In this document: one piece after another, positions 1 through 10,474 of the stretch
Layout of the letters: every line of letters starts with the position of its first letter
How positions within the stretch are numbered: the first letter of the stretch is position 1
From: Propioniciclava sp.
GTDB lineage: Bacteria > Actinomycetota > Actinomycetes > Propionibacteriales > Propionibacteriaceae
Length of the DNA stretch: 64,000 nt
Reading direction: 5' to 3'
Assembly: GCA_036803965.1 (NCBI GenBank)
Contig: DAIRTI010000001.1
Location: 704-64,703, forward strand
Made by a program: the position numbers and the translations under genes
The notes under the pieces: model-generated
The model's input: only the letters and a program-made list of their open reading frames with translations
What the model was told of the DNA's origin: nothing
Databases searched by the model: none

Positions 1-298
1 CCAGATCCTGGCCGGCGAACACCAGACCGGCCGCCTCGCTTGGCGGGGTGCCATCCAAGGTCAGCCAGCTGGTCGTCGGGGTCCCCTGCGCGATCAGACT
101 CGCGCCCGCGGCGTCCGTCTCAGCAACGAGCACCCCGAGGAGGGCCTCCACCCGCCGAGACACGACCCGCGCGTCCTTCACCAACTCCAGGCGCACAGCA
201 GCCGACAGCCCGACGCGCTCGCCGTGGTCGACCGCACCCAGGGCGTCCGACATCGCCACGAGCGCCCTGCCCGTCGACAACCCCCTGCTGGCTTCCAT
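1..298 (-). CDS. DUF222 / HNH-endonuclease (13E12-repeat-like) protein, N-terminal part, runs off the window edge
   Basis: Manual translation from ATG at 298: MEASRGLSTGRALVAMSDALGAVDHGERVGLSAAVRLELVKDARVVSRRVEALLGVLVAETDAAGASLIAQGTPTTSWL..., resembling actinobacterial DUF222 N-termini; PafBC-type promoter directly upstream. Confidence 0.65.
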   Translation of the reverse strand, partial: MEASRGLSTGRALVAMSDALGAVDHGERVGLSAAVRLELVKDARVVSRRVEALLGVLVAETDAAGASLIAQGTPTTSWLTLDGTPPSEAAGLVFAGQDL

Positions 299-305
299 GA
301 GCACG

Positions 306-327
306 ACGCTAGAGACCGGGTCTGACA
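306..327 (-). promoter_or_regulatory. PafBC / RecA-NDp-type DNA-damage promoter
   Basis: Minus strand reads TGTCAG-ACCCGGTCTC-TA-GCG-T, matching TGTCRG-N10-TA-N3-T; ATG follows 7 nt later (leaderless-like). Confidence 0.7.
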
Positions 328-390
328 GTTTCGGCGTCCACCAAAGGCCCTCAACCTGAGAATCACCTGAAAATAACGTCCGGGCGTTCG

Positions 391-468
391 AAACCCGTGA
401 CATCACGGCATCGGACCGCCCAAACCCGTGACGGTCTGGAAGGCATCCCCTTGTGACAGCGTCACGGG
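391..468. repeat. Small REP-like unit: two direct copies plus one inverted partial copy
   Basis: AAACCCGTGAC at 391-401 and 422-432; inverted GTCACGGG at 461-468. Confidence 0.5.
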
Positions 469-720
469 ATCGCCCACCACACTGACGATCGGCGCTGATG
501 CATCGGCCGCCAAACCACGAGGGCCGCACCGATGTGCGCGGAGGAGGCCAGCGGGTCCAACCGGACCCAACCGGCTCGCGACGCCGTCGACCAGCACCTG
601 ACCCATGGGTGCCGCCGGGGTAGGTGAGGCGGCGCAGAGGAGGTCGTACATCACCCGCGGGCCGCTCGGCGGTCTCAGTCGAGGGATTGCCGGACGGGTT
701 GCGTGGAGGCGTGGTGCGGG

Positions 721-984
721 TCAGCCGCCTTGCGCCGGCCGATCTCTGCGCCGCTTGATCTTGACGAGGAGATCTTCGTAGGCGGCTTGAGGCGAGTTTC
801 CACCGCCGACCTCGGACCGCCGCTGCGGATCTCCCCAGAATGCAGCGCAAAGCAAGTCCCCGGCGTCCCAGCAATCGGGCAGTTGATCGGGGTGGCTTGC
901 GAATGCCAGCCAAGGACCCGGTTCGTAGATGCCCGCGTACCGCGCGGGCACGATGGTGACCGGCCACGGCTCCTCGTTGCTCAT
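721..984 (-). CDS. Small hypothetical protein
   Basis: MSNEEPWPVTIVPARYAGIYEPGPWLAF...; plausible composition, co-oriented with upstream genes. Confidence 0.55.
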   Translation of the reverse strand: MSNEEPWPVTIVPARYAGIYEPGPWLAFASHPDQLPDCWDAGDLLCAAFWGDPQRRSEVGGGNSPQAAYEDLLVKIKRRRDRPAQGG

Positions 985-1044
985 GGTGCACACCCTAGGG
1001 ACGCCGTCCGTCACCTCGGTGCCGACGACGCCCACCCGATCGGA

Positions 1045-1401
1045 CTACACCCGCGGACCCGCGTGGCCGGCGAGGAGTTGCCAGCGTCCGTTCTCGTGGA
1101 CCCACGTCATCGTGATCAGCATCCGGTGCAGCGATCCGTCGCCGAGTTCGTCGATCACGCGCCCGGTGATCACCGCCGCGTCACCGACGACCCGCACCGA
1201 AACGTCCTCGAACGTCTGAGACGCGAACCTCACCGCACCGGTGTTCCGCTCGATGTAGGCCTCGCGATCCAGGACCAGGCCAGCGTGCGACGTCCACACG
1301 CACTCGGCGTGCATCAGCGCCCGAAGGGCGTCGGCGTCCCGCGTTGCCAGCGCGACACTCCGGCGCCCGACGGCGTCCAGGATCTCCGACACTCGGTCCA
1401 C
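1045..1401 (-). CDS. NTF2-like / DUF4440 family protein
   Basis: 118 aa; 'RDADALRALMHAECVWTSHAG..LDREAYI', 'VRVVGDAAVITG', 'TWVHENGRWQL'. Confidence 0.85.
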   Translation of the reverse strand: MDRVSEILDAVGRRSVALATRDADALRALMHAECVWTSHAGLVLDREAYIERNTGAVRFASQTFEDVSVRVVGDAAVITGRVIDELGDGSLHRMLITMTWVHENGRWQLLAGHAGPRV

Positions 1402-1419
1402 GCCCGCGAGACCAGAACT

Positions 1420-2280
1420 TCAGTCGAGGTCGAACATGTACTTGCGGTCCCATTCGGTGTATTTCTCGATATCCACGAGGTGCAGATACTCATCAAAGGC
1501 GACCAAACGATCCGAGAAGCCCTCGTCGTTGCCGCGCTCCTTGATCTCCCTCAGCACCGCGGTGAGCGCGAACGCTGACGCGAACAGGGCAGAGAATGGG
1601 AACGTGACGATCTTGTACCCCATTTCGCCGGCTTGCTGCCAGGTCAGCCCGCGGGTTGTTTCCTTGCCGGCGGTGAATCCCAGGTGCATCGGCGCATTCA
1701 CCATTCCCGGGAACCGTTCGAGCTCACCCCGATCGCGCGGCATCGGTTTGACCATGTCGGCGCCCGCCTCGGCGTAGGCCTGCAGCCGGTCCACCGCCTC
1801 GTCGAACGGGGCGTCCGTGCGCGCGACGATCACGAAGTCGGGGTTGCGGCGGGCGTCCACGGCGGCACGGATCTTGCTGACCATCTCCTCGGTCGAAATC
1901 TGCCGGGTGCCCTTGATATAGGGACAGTTCGGCGGCAGCACCTGATCCTCGATGAACAGTCCGGCCACGCCGGCCTTCTCGAACTCGCGCACCGTGCGAC
2001 GGGTGTTGATCGCGTTGCCGTACCCGCCCTCGGCGTCCGCCATCAACGGGATCGAGATCGCCGACGCCATGTTGTAGCAGGCGCTCATCATCTCGGTGAA
2101 CGTCATCAGTCCGTTGTCCGGGACGCCCAGCATCGTGCCGTGCATCCCGAACCCTGTCGTGGCCGCCAACTCGAACCCCGCGAGCTCGATACACCGAGCC
2201 GACAAGGCGTCATATGCGCACGGCGCCGGCGTGGCGCCGTCCCGCGCGAGCAGTTCCCGAAGAGTGCGTGCCTTGATCAT
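1420..2280 (-). CDS. Isocitrate lyase / PEP mutase family protein (PrpB-like, atypical catalytic loop)
   Basis: 'AYDALSAR', 'DAEGGYGN', 'IEDQ', 'VARTDA', 'AYAEAGAD' motifs. Confidence 0.9.
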   Translation of the reverse strand: MIKARTLRELLARDGATPAPCAYDALSARCIELAGFELAATTGFGMHGTMLGVPDNGLMTFTEMMSACYNMASAISIPLMADAEGGYGNAINTRRTVREFEKAGVAGLFIEDQVLPPNCPYIKGTRQISTEEMVSKIRAAVDARRNPDFVIVARTDAPFDEAVDRLQAYAEAGADMVKPMPRDRGELERFPGMVNAPMHLGFTAGKETTRGLTWQQAGEMGYKIVTFPFSALFASAFALTAVLREIKERGNDEGFSDRLVAFDEYLHLVDIEKYTEWDRKYMFDLD

Positions 2281-2400
2281 GGACCCATTCTCAGTCGGAC
2301 GCCGTTGGCGCGCGAGACCCAGTGGTCCGGTCCTTGGTGGGGGATCCCCAAGAAGCGGGCTCAGCAGGGAGGGCGACTCGCCCGGTTTCGTCCGGCAACG

Positions 2401-3054
2401 TCAGCGGTCGCTCGGCACGGCGGCCTCGAACGCGCGGCGTCCGGGCTCGGTCATCCACTCCGTCAGCGTGCCTCGGATCGCGCCGGCCATGTCGATCGAG
2501 CGGTCCAGCAGCCACTGCAACTGCAGGCCGTCCATGAGCGAGGTCAGGCGCAGCGCGGCCGTCGCCGGATCCAGGTCCGCGCTCAAATGCCCGTCGGCGA
2601 CGGCCGCGGCCAGGGCCTGCGCCGTCGTCCGCCGGATGCGGGCGTAGCGGAGCTGGAAATACTCGTGCGCCGGGTGGTCGGGGCTGGCGGCCTCGGTCGA
2701 CAGGCGGACGAACAGCTCGATCAGGCCCGGCACCAGCTGGTTGTGCTCCGCCAGCTCGACCATGCCCCGCAGGACGCCGATGCTTCCGGACGCCCGCGCG
2801 TACGGCGTGAACCGGGCGCGGTCCTCGGCGTCCCGGGCCTCGAGAACGGCCTCGAGGAGCGCCTCCTTGTCGGCGAAGTAGTGCAGCAGGCCGGCCCGGG
2901 AGATGTCGCAGGCCGCGGCGATGTCGAGGATCGTCGCCGACGCGAAGCCCTTCTCCGCGAACTGCGCGGACGCCTCGCGGACGATCGCCTCCCGCCGTGC
3001 GCGTCCCTTGGCGTACCCGCGGGCGGGGGCGTTAGGACGGGTGGCGAGGCTCAT
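2401..3054 (-). CDS. TetR/AcrR family regulator
   Basis: N-terminal HTH 'FAEKGFASATILDIAAACDISRAGLLHYFADKEALL'; C-terminal 'MDGLQLQWLLD'. Confidence 0.95.
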   Translation of the reverse strand: MSLATRPNAPARGYAKGRARREAIVREASAQFAEKGFASATILDIAAACDISRAGLLHYFADKEALLEAVLEARDAEDRARFTPYARASGSIGVLRGMVELAEHNQLVPGLIELFVRLSTEAASPDHPAHEYFQLRYARIRRTTAQALAAAVADGHLSADLDPATAALRLTSLMDGLQLQWLLDRSIDMAGAIRGTLTEWMTEPGRRAFEAAVPSDR

Positions 3055-3086
3055 GCAAGGAACTTAGCACTGAACGGTGACAAAAC

Positions 3087-3100
3087 CTACACGCGTGTAG
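3087..3100. promoter_or_regulatory. Probable TetR operator
   Basis: Perfect 14-bp palindrome CTACACGCGTGTAG between divergent tetR and GH3 genes. Confidence 0.7.
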
Positions 3101-3143
3101 ATATTGGAGCTCAGCCGACCACCGGCCGAACGAAGGAGTTCCG

Positions 3144-5153
3144 GTGAGCGAACCGCAGCACCCGTACCAGGACGCGTCCCTCGACCCCGAGGCCCGGGTC
3201 GCCGATCTCGTCGACCGCCTCGAACTCGAGGACAAGGCGGGCCTGATGTTCCAGCCGATGGCGACCATCGGCGACTTCGACGCCCCGGGCATGATGGGCT
3301 CGCCGTCGACCCGGAAGATCCTCGACCGCCGGATCAACCACGTGAACATCCTCACCGCGCCCTCGGCCCGCGAGATCGCCGAGTGGTACAACGCCGTCCA
3401 GGCCGAAGCCCTGAGCCGCGGCCCCAGCATTCCGGTGACGCTGTCGAGCGATCCGCGGCACGCCTTCTCGAACAACCCGGCCGCCGCGCTGCTCTCGGGC
3501 CCGTTCACGCAGTTCCCCGACCTGCTCGGCTTCGCGGCCCTCGACGACGAAGCACTGGTCGAGCGGTTCGCCGACCTCGTCCGTCGCGAGTACCTCGCGG
3601 TCGGCATCCGGATCGCGCTCCACCCGCAGGTCGACCTGTGCACCGAGCCGCGCTGGGCGCGGCAGCTGCAGACGTTCGGTTCGAGCGCCGAGGTGACCGG
3701 ACGCCTCGGCGCGGCCTACGTCCGCGGCCTGCGGGGGCCCGGGTTCGGTAGCGAGTCCGTGGCCGCCATGGCCAAGCATTTCCCCGGCGGCGGCCCGCAG
3801 CTGGACGGCGAGGATCCGCACTTCGCCTACGGGCGCGAGCAGGTCTATCCGGGCGGCCGGTTCGCCGAGCACCTGCAGCCCTTCCGCGAGCTGATCGAGG
3901 CCGGCGTCACCCAGCTGATGCCCTACTACGGCATGCCGGTCGGCACCGAGTACGAGGAGGTCGGCTTCGGCTTCAACCGCCAGGTCATCACCGACCTGCT
4001 GCGCGACGAGCTCGGCTTCGACGGCATCGTCTGCACCGACTGGGGCATCCTGTCGCGCACGTTCTGGGGCGTCGAGCACCTCAGCTTCGAAGACCGCATG
4101 ATCAAGGCCCTGGACGCCGGCGTCGACCAGTTCGGCGGCGAGTTCCGCCCGCAGGTGCTCGTGGACCTCGTCCGCGCCGGCCGCGTCAGCGAGGCCCGGC
4201 TGGGCGTCTCCGCCCGCCGGCTGCTGCTGGAGAAGTTCCGGCTCGGCCTGTTCGACCGCCCCTTCGTCGACGCGGACGCCGCGGACGCCCTCGTCGGCAC
4301 CCCGGACGCCCGGGCCGAGGGCCTGGCCGTCCAGGCCGCGGCGCAGGTCCTCCTCAAGAACGATGCCGGACCGGCGCACCTCCCGCTGTCCGGCCAGCCC
4401 AAGGTGTACGTCGAGGGCATGCAGCCCATGAGCCTGGCCGGCTGGGCGCACGTCGTCGCCACCCCTGAGGAGGCGGACGTCGCGATCGTCCGGACGTCCG
4501 CGCCGTGGGAGCAGCGGGGCAAGCCCGGCGACATCGACTCGTTCTTCCACGCCGGCTCGCTGGAGTTCCACGCCGACGAACTGGCCCACCTCAGCGAACT
4601 GGCGAGCCGACTGCCGCTCGTCCTCGACGTCCACCTCGACCGCCCGGGCATCCTCGCCCCGGTGGTCGAGCTGGCGAGCACGGTGATCGGCAACTTCGGC
4701 TCCACCGACGAGGCGCTGGCGCAGGTGGTCTTCGGCGCGGCCGAGCCCCGGGGACGCCTGCCGTTCGAGATCCCGTCCTCGATGGACGCCGTCCGGGCGA
4801 ACCTGTCCGACGTCCCGAACGACACCGCCGACCCGACCTTCCCGGTCGGCTTCGGGCTCCGGTTCGGTGACTTCACCCCGAGCGTCCGCCCCGATCCGGC
4901 GTCCACGACCGTCGCCGTCGCGGCCCGGGCGTCCCGCTTCGACCTCGCGACCACCTCGCTGAAGAAGATCCTCGAGGACGCCGACGGGCGCGCCACCCTG
5001 GACGAGTTCCTGCCGGGGCTGGCCGACCACCCGCTGATCGCGCTTGCAATGGGCATGCCGTTCGAGGCCGTCGTCGGCATGGCCGCCGATGGGGCCCCGC
5101 CCGAACTGCTCGACCAGGTCCGTGGCCGACTGGCCGCGCTGCCCCCCCTCTGA
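3144..5153 (+). CDS. Glycoside hydrolase family 3 (beta-glucosidase-like)
   Basis: 'SSDPRH', 'EPRWAR', 'KHFPG', nucleophile 'VCTDWG', 'GRLPFEIP'; RBS AAGGAG. Confidence 0.93.
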   Translation: MSEPQHPYQDASLDPEARVADLVDRLELEDKAGLMFQPMATIGDFDAPGMMGSPSTRKILDRRINHVNILTAPSAREIAEWYNAVQAEALSRGPSIPVTLSSDPRHAFSNNPAAALLSGPFTQFPDLLGFAALDDEALVERFADLVRREYLAVGIRIALHPQVDLCTEPRWARQLQTFGSSAEVTGRLGAAYVRGLRGPGFGSESVAAMAKHFPGGGPQLDGEDPHFAYGREQVYPGGRFAEHLQPFRELIEAGVTQLMPYYGMPVGTEYEEVGFGFNRQVITDLLRDELGFDGIVCTDWGILSRTFWGVEHLSFEDRMIKALDAGVDQFGGEFRPQVLVDLVRAGRVSEARLGVSARRLLLEKFRLGLFDRPFVDADAADALVGTPDARAEGLAVQAAAQVLLKNDAGPAHLPLSGQPKVYVEGMQPMSLAGWAHVVATPEEADVAIVRTSAPWEQRGKPGDIDSFFHAGSLEFHADELAHLSELASRLPLVLDVHLDRPGILAPVVELASTVIGNFGSTDEALAQVVFGAAEPRGRLPFEIPSSMDAVRANLSDVPNDTADPTFPVGFGLRFGDFTPSVRPDPASTTVAVAARASRFDLATTSLKKILEDADGRATLDEFLPGLADHPLIALAMGMPFEAVVGMAADGAPPELLDQVRGRLAALPPL

Positions 5154-5205
5154 CCGGACCGTCTGTCTCCTCCCCCCACGACCCCTCCACCACAAGGAAG
5201 AACAC

Positions 5206-6489
5206 ACGACCATTCCGCCTCCCTCCGGCAACGCCGTCGAGGGCACCACCGCCGTCGTCGAGAGCGACGAGCGCGTCAAGATCACCGGCGGCCTGCGCAA
5301 GCTGCTGTGGTGGATGATGCCGGCCAACCTCGGCGTCTTCATCCTGTGGGGCGCGATCCCTGGCGTCCTGCTGCCGCTGCAGATGGAGAGTCTCGACGCC
5401 GCCCACAAGGTGGCCAACCTGGCCCTGGTGTCCACCATCGGCGCCTTCGCCGCGATGATCGCCCAGCCGATCGCTGGCGCCGTCAGCGACCGGACGCGCT
5501 CACGGTTCGGCCGCCGCGCCCCGTGGATGGTCGGCGGCGCGGTCGTCGGCGGCCTGGCGCTGATCGGCCTGTCCACCGGCAACTCCCTGGTGCACATCGC
5601 GATCGCCTGGACGATGGTCCAGATCGCCTACAACTTCGTCCAGGGACCGCTGAGCGCGATCCTGCCCGACCGCGTCCCCGTGCGGGCGCGAGGCACGTTC
5701 GCCGCGGTCGGCGGCGCCGCCGCGATGCTGGGGGCGCTCGGCGGCCAGATCGTCGGCTCGGCCCTCGGGCACACGATCGCGCCCGCGTACGTCGGCCTCG
5801 CCGGCCTGACGCTGATCACGACCGTGCTGTTCGTCGTCTTCAACCCGGACGCCTCGAGCAAGGACGCGCAACTGCCGACGTTCGAGCTCGCCGACTTCCT
5901 GCGCACCTTCTGGGTCAGCCCGGTCAAGCACCCCGACTTCGCCTGGGCGTTCATCGGCCGGCTGCTGCTCTACACCGGCTACTTCTCGGTCACCGGCTAC
6001 AACCTCTACCTGCTGCAGGACTACATCGGGCTGAAGGGGGACGCCCTGGGTTACGTCCCGTTGCTGGGCCTGCTGAGCCTCGTCGGCATGCTGCCCATGA
6101 TCGCGATCGCCGGCCCGATCAGCGACCGGATCGGCCGGCGCAAGATCTTCGTGTTCATCTCGTCGGTGGTCGTGGGCCTGGGCCTGCTGATCCCGTGGAT
6201 GTGGCCGACGGTCGGCGGCATGATGGCCATGTCGATCGTCTGCGGCCTGGGGTTCGGCGCCTTCCAGTCGGTCGACCAGGCCCTGATGACCGAGGTGCTG
6301 CCGAGCGCGGACTCCTTCGCCAAGGACCTCGGCGTGGTCAACATCGCGGCCACGCTGCCGCAGACGCTGGCGCCGGGCGTGGGCGGCGCGATCGTGCTGG
6401 CCTTCACCTACGCGGGCCTGTTCCCGGTCGGCATCGTGCTGTCGGTCCTGGGCGCCTTCGCCGTCTTCATGATCAAGTCGGTCAAGTAA
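5206..6489 (+). CDS. MFS sugar/glycoside transporter (start codon appears as ACG)
   Basis: Multi-TM protein with 'GAVSDRTRSRFGRRAPW' and 'GPISDRIGRRK'; RBS AAGGAAG precedes in-frame ACG-ACC-ATT at 5206. Confidence 0.88.
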   Translation, partial: TTIPPPSGNAVEGTTAVVESDERVKITGGLRKLLWWMMPANLGVFILWGAIPGVLLPLQMESLDAAHKVANLALVSTIGAFAAMIAQPIAGAVSDRTRSRFGRRAPWMVGGAVVGGLALIGLSTGNSLVHIAIAWTMVQIAYNFVQGPLSAILPDRVPVRARGTFAAVGGAAAMLGALGGQIVGSALGHTIAPAYVGLAGLTLITTVLFVVFNPDASSKDAQLPTFELADFLRTFWVSPVKHPDFAWAFIGRLLLYTGYFSVTGYNLYLLQDYIGLKGDALGYVPLLGLLSLVGMLPMIAIAGPISDRIGRRKIFVFISSVVVGLGLLIPWMWPTVGGMMAMSIVCGLGFGAFQSVDQALMTEVLPSADSFAKDLGVVNIAATLPQTLAPGVGGAIVLAFTYAGLFPVGIVLSVLGAFAVFMIKSVK

Positions 6490-6519
6490 CAGCAACCCGA
6501 ACGCGAAGTGGAGCAACCC

Positions 6520-8890
6520 GTGACCGCACCCACCACCGCGCCGACCGAAATCGTGGACGCCGCCCGCGCGATCATCGACACACTCACCGAGGCCGAGAAG
6601 GTGAGGCTGCTGTCGGGAGCCGACTTCTGGCACACCGAGGGCCTGCCCGAGCACGGCGTCGACGCGATCATGCTCACCGACGGGCCGCACGGGCTGCGGA
6701 AGCAGGCGGGGGCGTCCGATCATGTCGGGCTGGCCGACTCGGTGCCGGCGACGTGCTTCCCGACCGCGGCGGCGCTCGGCTCGTCCTGGGACGTCGACCT
6801 GATCGAGGAGGTCGGCGCGGCGCTGGGCCGGGAGGCGCGTGCCGAGAGCGTGGGCGTCCTGCTCGGGCCCGGGCTGAACATCAAGCGTCACCCCGCGTGC
6901 GGACGCAACTTCGAGTACTTCTCCGAGGACCCGCTGCTGTCGGGCAAGACGGCGGCGGCGCTGGTGCGGGGCATCCAGTCCGAGGGGGTGGGCGCCTGCC
7001 TGAAGCACTTCGCGGTCAACAACCAGGAGAACAACCGGATGCGCCTCGACACGATCGTCGACGAGCGCACCCTGCGGGAGCTGTACCTGACCGGCTTCGA
7101 GATCGCCGTCACCGAATCGCAGCCCTGGACGGTCATGTGCGCCTACAACCTGGTCAACGGTGAGCACGCCGGCGAGTCGCGCAAGCCGCTCACCGACATC
7201 CTGCGCACCGAGTGGGGCTTCCAGGGTCTGGTCATGAGCGACTGGATGGCGGTCGCCGACCGCCCCGCCGGGGTGCACGCTGGGCTCGACCTGGAGATGC
7301 CGTCGAGTTCGGGCGCCTGGGACGCCCGCGTGCAGGCGGCGCTCAAGGAAGGGACGCTGTCGCGCGAGGACCTCGACCGGGCGTGCGTCCGGGTCGTCGC
7401 CCTGCTGTTGCGGGTCGCGGCCGGACGCGCGGCGAACTCCGGCGCGCCCGACCTGGACGCCCACCACGCCCTGGCCCGCCGAGCGGCCGCCGCGGGCACC
7501 GTGCTCCTCGCGAACGACGGCCTGCTGCCGCTGTCCGGGCAGGGGCGGGTCGCGCTGATCGGCGCCTTCGCCGAGACCCCGCGCTACCAGGGCGCCGGCT
7601 CCTCGCAGGTGCAGCCCACCCGGCTCGACGCCGCGCTGCCCGCGCTGCGCGAGCGGCTGGGCGACCGCCTCGACTACGCCCCCGGTTACGACGCGGCCAC
7701 CGGTGCCACCACGCCGGAACTGTTGGCCGAGACGCGCCGGGTGGCAGCCGGCGCCGACGCCGTGATCCTGCTGGTCGGGCTACCGGCCAGCCACGAGTCC
7801 GAGGGATTCGATCGAGAACATCTGCGCCTGCCACGCGGACATGACGACCTGGTCGAGGTGGTCACCGCGGCCAATCCGCGCACCGCCGCGGTGCTGTGCA
7901 ACGGCGCACCGGTCGAGATCGGCTGGGCCGACCGTCCGGCGGCGCTGGTCGAGGCCTACCTCGGCGGGCAGGCCGGCGGCGCCGCCCTCGTTGACGTCCT
8001 GTTCGGCGACGTCGAACCGGGCGGACGCCTCGCCGAGAGCTTCCCCATGGCCGGCAGCGAGCTCCCGGCGTCCGCGAACTTCTCCGACCACCCGACCCAG
8101 GTGCAGTACCGCGAGGGCTTCAACGTCGGCTATCGCTTCCACGACACGGCTCACGTGGCGCCGAGGTTCTGCTTCGGGCACGGGCTCGGCTACACCCGCT
8201 TCGAGTACTCCGAGCCGATCGTCACCGGCGCCGGGGTCGATCGTGACGTGTCGCTGACCGTCACCAATGTGGGCCAGAGGGCGGGGTCGGAGGTCGTCCA
8301 GCTCTACGTTCACGACCCGGTCAGCACCCTGGCCCGCCCGGAGCAGGAGCTGAAGGCGTTCAGCAAGGTTCACCTGGCGGCGGGGGAGTCCGCGCGGGTC
8401 GTCCTGCCGCTGAACCGCCGCTCGTTCGCGGTCTACGACGTCGCGTCCGCGTCCTGGCTCGTCGAGGCCGGCGACTTCGAGCTGCGCGTCGGGGCGTCCT
8501 CCGGACATCCGCGCGCGGGCGACGGTCAACATCGAGTCGTCGGACGCCGTCACTCCGGTCCCGATGCCGGCCGGGCCGATCGCGACCGAGCCGGAGTTCG
8601 CCGCGCTGCTCGGACGCCCCGTCCCCGCGCCGCGTCCCCTGTGGCCCCTGCACCTCGACTCCACCATCGGCGACCTGAGGCAGAGCCGGCTCGGCGCGAA
8701 GATCAGCGACGCTCTGCTCAAGGTGGCCACGAAGCAGTTCGACCTGGGCCCGGACGCCGCGACGCAGGCCACGCTCAAGGCGGCCGTCGTGCAGAGCCCC
8801 CTGCGCAGTCTCGTCGCGATGTCTGGCGGCAAGGTCAGCTTCGAGACGCTGGAACGCGCCCTGGCCGTGCTGAGTCGCCTCAAGCGCTGA
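6520..8890 (+). CDS. GH3 beta-glucosidase with Fn3-like domain, frameshifted at ~8503
   Basis: 'TDGPHGLRK', 'GRNFEYFSEDP', 'KHFAVN', 'MSDW', 'FGHGLGYTRF'; VGASS followed out of frame by DIRARATV. Confidence 0.9.
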
Positions 8891-8986
8891 CCGCCGACCG
8901 GATCCGGGCTGGATGACGGTGGCCTGGGCGACCGAAACGCCGCCCGGATCGGCGGGGGATCGAAGCCGAGGAAGCCTGGGGGCCCT

Positions 8987-10474
8987 TCAGGACTCGCCCA
9001 TCACCGCGGCCCAGATGTCCTCGCCGTGGCTCGTCGGACGCGGGTCGCCCGGCACGATCCGGAACGTGCGGCGTCCATCGTCGAGACGCTCGGCGCGCAG
9101 GAACAGAGCGTCCGGGCGTCCCTGCGCCGACAGCGCGCGACTGAACTCGTGCAAATGCGTCACGCAGACGACGCGGAGGCCGGCGCCGGTGAGGCCGGCC
9201 ACGACGTGACGGAGGATCCGTGCCCCCTCCACGTCGTTCGTGCTCGCGAACGACTCGTTCAGCAGCACCAGATCACCCGGCGCGGCCCGGTCGACGATGG
9301 CGCTCATCCGGGTCAGTTCCTCGTCGAGCTTGCCGCTGCGCAGCGTCTCGTCCTCCTCGCGCCGGAAGTGCGTGTGCACGGCCGGCACGACGCTCGCGCG
9401 GAACTCGGCCGCCCCGACGAACACCCCCGCCTGCATCATCACCTGTGCCAGCCCGAGGGCGCGGAGCAGGGTCGACTTCCCGCCCCGGTTGGCGCCCGTC
9501 ACGACGATCAGGGACGCCCCGTTAGCGGCCAGGTCGCTGCCCACGACCGTCGCCGCGCTACGACCGGCCAGGCCCACGTCGTAGAGCCCCCGGGCGTCCA
9601 GCTCGCCGGCCTCACGGACCTCCGGCAGCACAGTCGGCAGGCCCAGCCCAACCAGCCGCTCCCGCAGCGTCAGGCAGCCGAGGTAGAACGCGGACTCCCA
9701 CCGCAGCTGCGCGAAGAACCCCAGCAGGTGCTCGGACGCCCGGCTGAGCACCTGCGCCACGGGTGCGAGTCCTCGGCTCCGCAGGTCACCCAGCGAACGC
9801 AGGCCGGCGGCGTCCTCGTCTCCGACGGTGCAGGAGAACACGTCCGGACGCCGCGTCAGCGAGTCCAGCCACGAGCGTTTCCCGCCTGTCGGCGTCCGCA
9901 GAACTAGGTCGGCCAGCAGCGGCGCGCTGCCGAGCCGGCCCGTCAGAACGACCCCGTCGGCGAACCGCAGCCGGCGCAGCTGGTCCTCGGCCCGGTCGAA
10001 CCATGCGTCGGGCAGTGCTGCGGCGGCGTCCGCCACAATTCCCGACAGGCCGCCGGAGGAGAAGCCGGCGGCGTGGGCGTCCGCGAACCCGCGCAGCCGA
10101 CGCAGCGGACCCAGCAGCGCCCGCAGGACGCCGATGCCGTCGTCGACGACGGACGCCGGCGTGTCCGACAGCCGCCAGGTCCGGACGCCGGCCCGCGCGG
10201 CGAGGGCGTGCGTCGCGAGGTCGTACAGCTCGCGGATAGCCGCGGGATCGCCCACGGCGTCCGCGATCACGGCGTGACGCCAGGCGATACCGTCGGGACC
10301 GAGGAGCGGCCGCTGCAGCGAGCGCCACGCGACCTCGCGCACGTACGGATCGCCGCCGCCCATGAGGTCGGCCACGTCGCCCAGCCCGAGGTCGCGGGCC
10401 AGGTCGGCGGTCTCCAGGAGCGGGCCGGTGCTCATGTTCGCAGCGCGGTCGGGATGCATCAGCCGGACCCTCAT
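8987..10474 (-). CDS. Short MutS-family ATPase (domain V-type), copy B
   Basis: Walker A 'TGANRGGKST', 'HFRREED..SGKLDEE', Walker B variant 'LLNESFAST', 'VTHL'; ATG overlaps upstream stop (ATGA). Confidence 0.88.
   Translation of the reverse strand: MRVRLMHPDRAANMSTGPLLETADLARDLGLGDVADLMGGGDPYVREVAWRSLQRPLLGPDGIAWRHAVIADAVGDPAAIRELYDLATHALAARAGVRTWRLSDTPASVVDDGIGVLRALLGPLRRLRGFADAHAAGFSSGGLSGIVADAAAALPDAWFDRAEDQLRRLRFADGVVLTGRLGSAPLLADLVLRTPTGGKRSWLDSLTRRPDVFSCTVGDEDAAGLRSLGDLRSRGLAPVAQVLSRASEHLLGFFAQLRWESAFYLGCLTLRERLVGLGLPTVLPEVREAGELDARGLYDVGLAGRSAATVVGSDLAANGASLIVVTGANRGGKSTLLRALGLAQVMMQAGVFVGAAEFRASVVPAVHTHFRREEDETLRSGKLDEELTRMSAIVDRAAPGDLVLLNESFASTNDVEGARILRHVVAGLTGAGLRVVCVTHLHEFSRALSAQGRPDALFLRAERLDDGRRTFRIVPGDPRPTSHGEDIWAAVMGES

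Noticed and set aside
403..720. Small ORFs or structured RNA between the DUF222 gene and the 721-984 gene
   Set aside because: No supportable motif, RBS or stable structure beyond the short repeat reported
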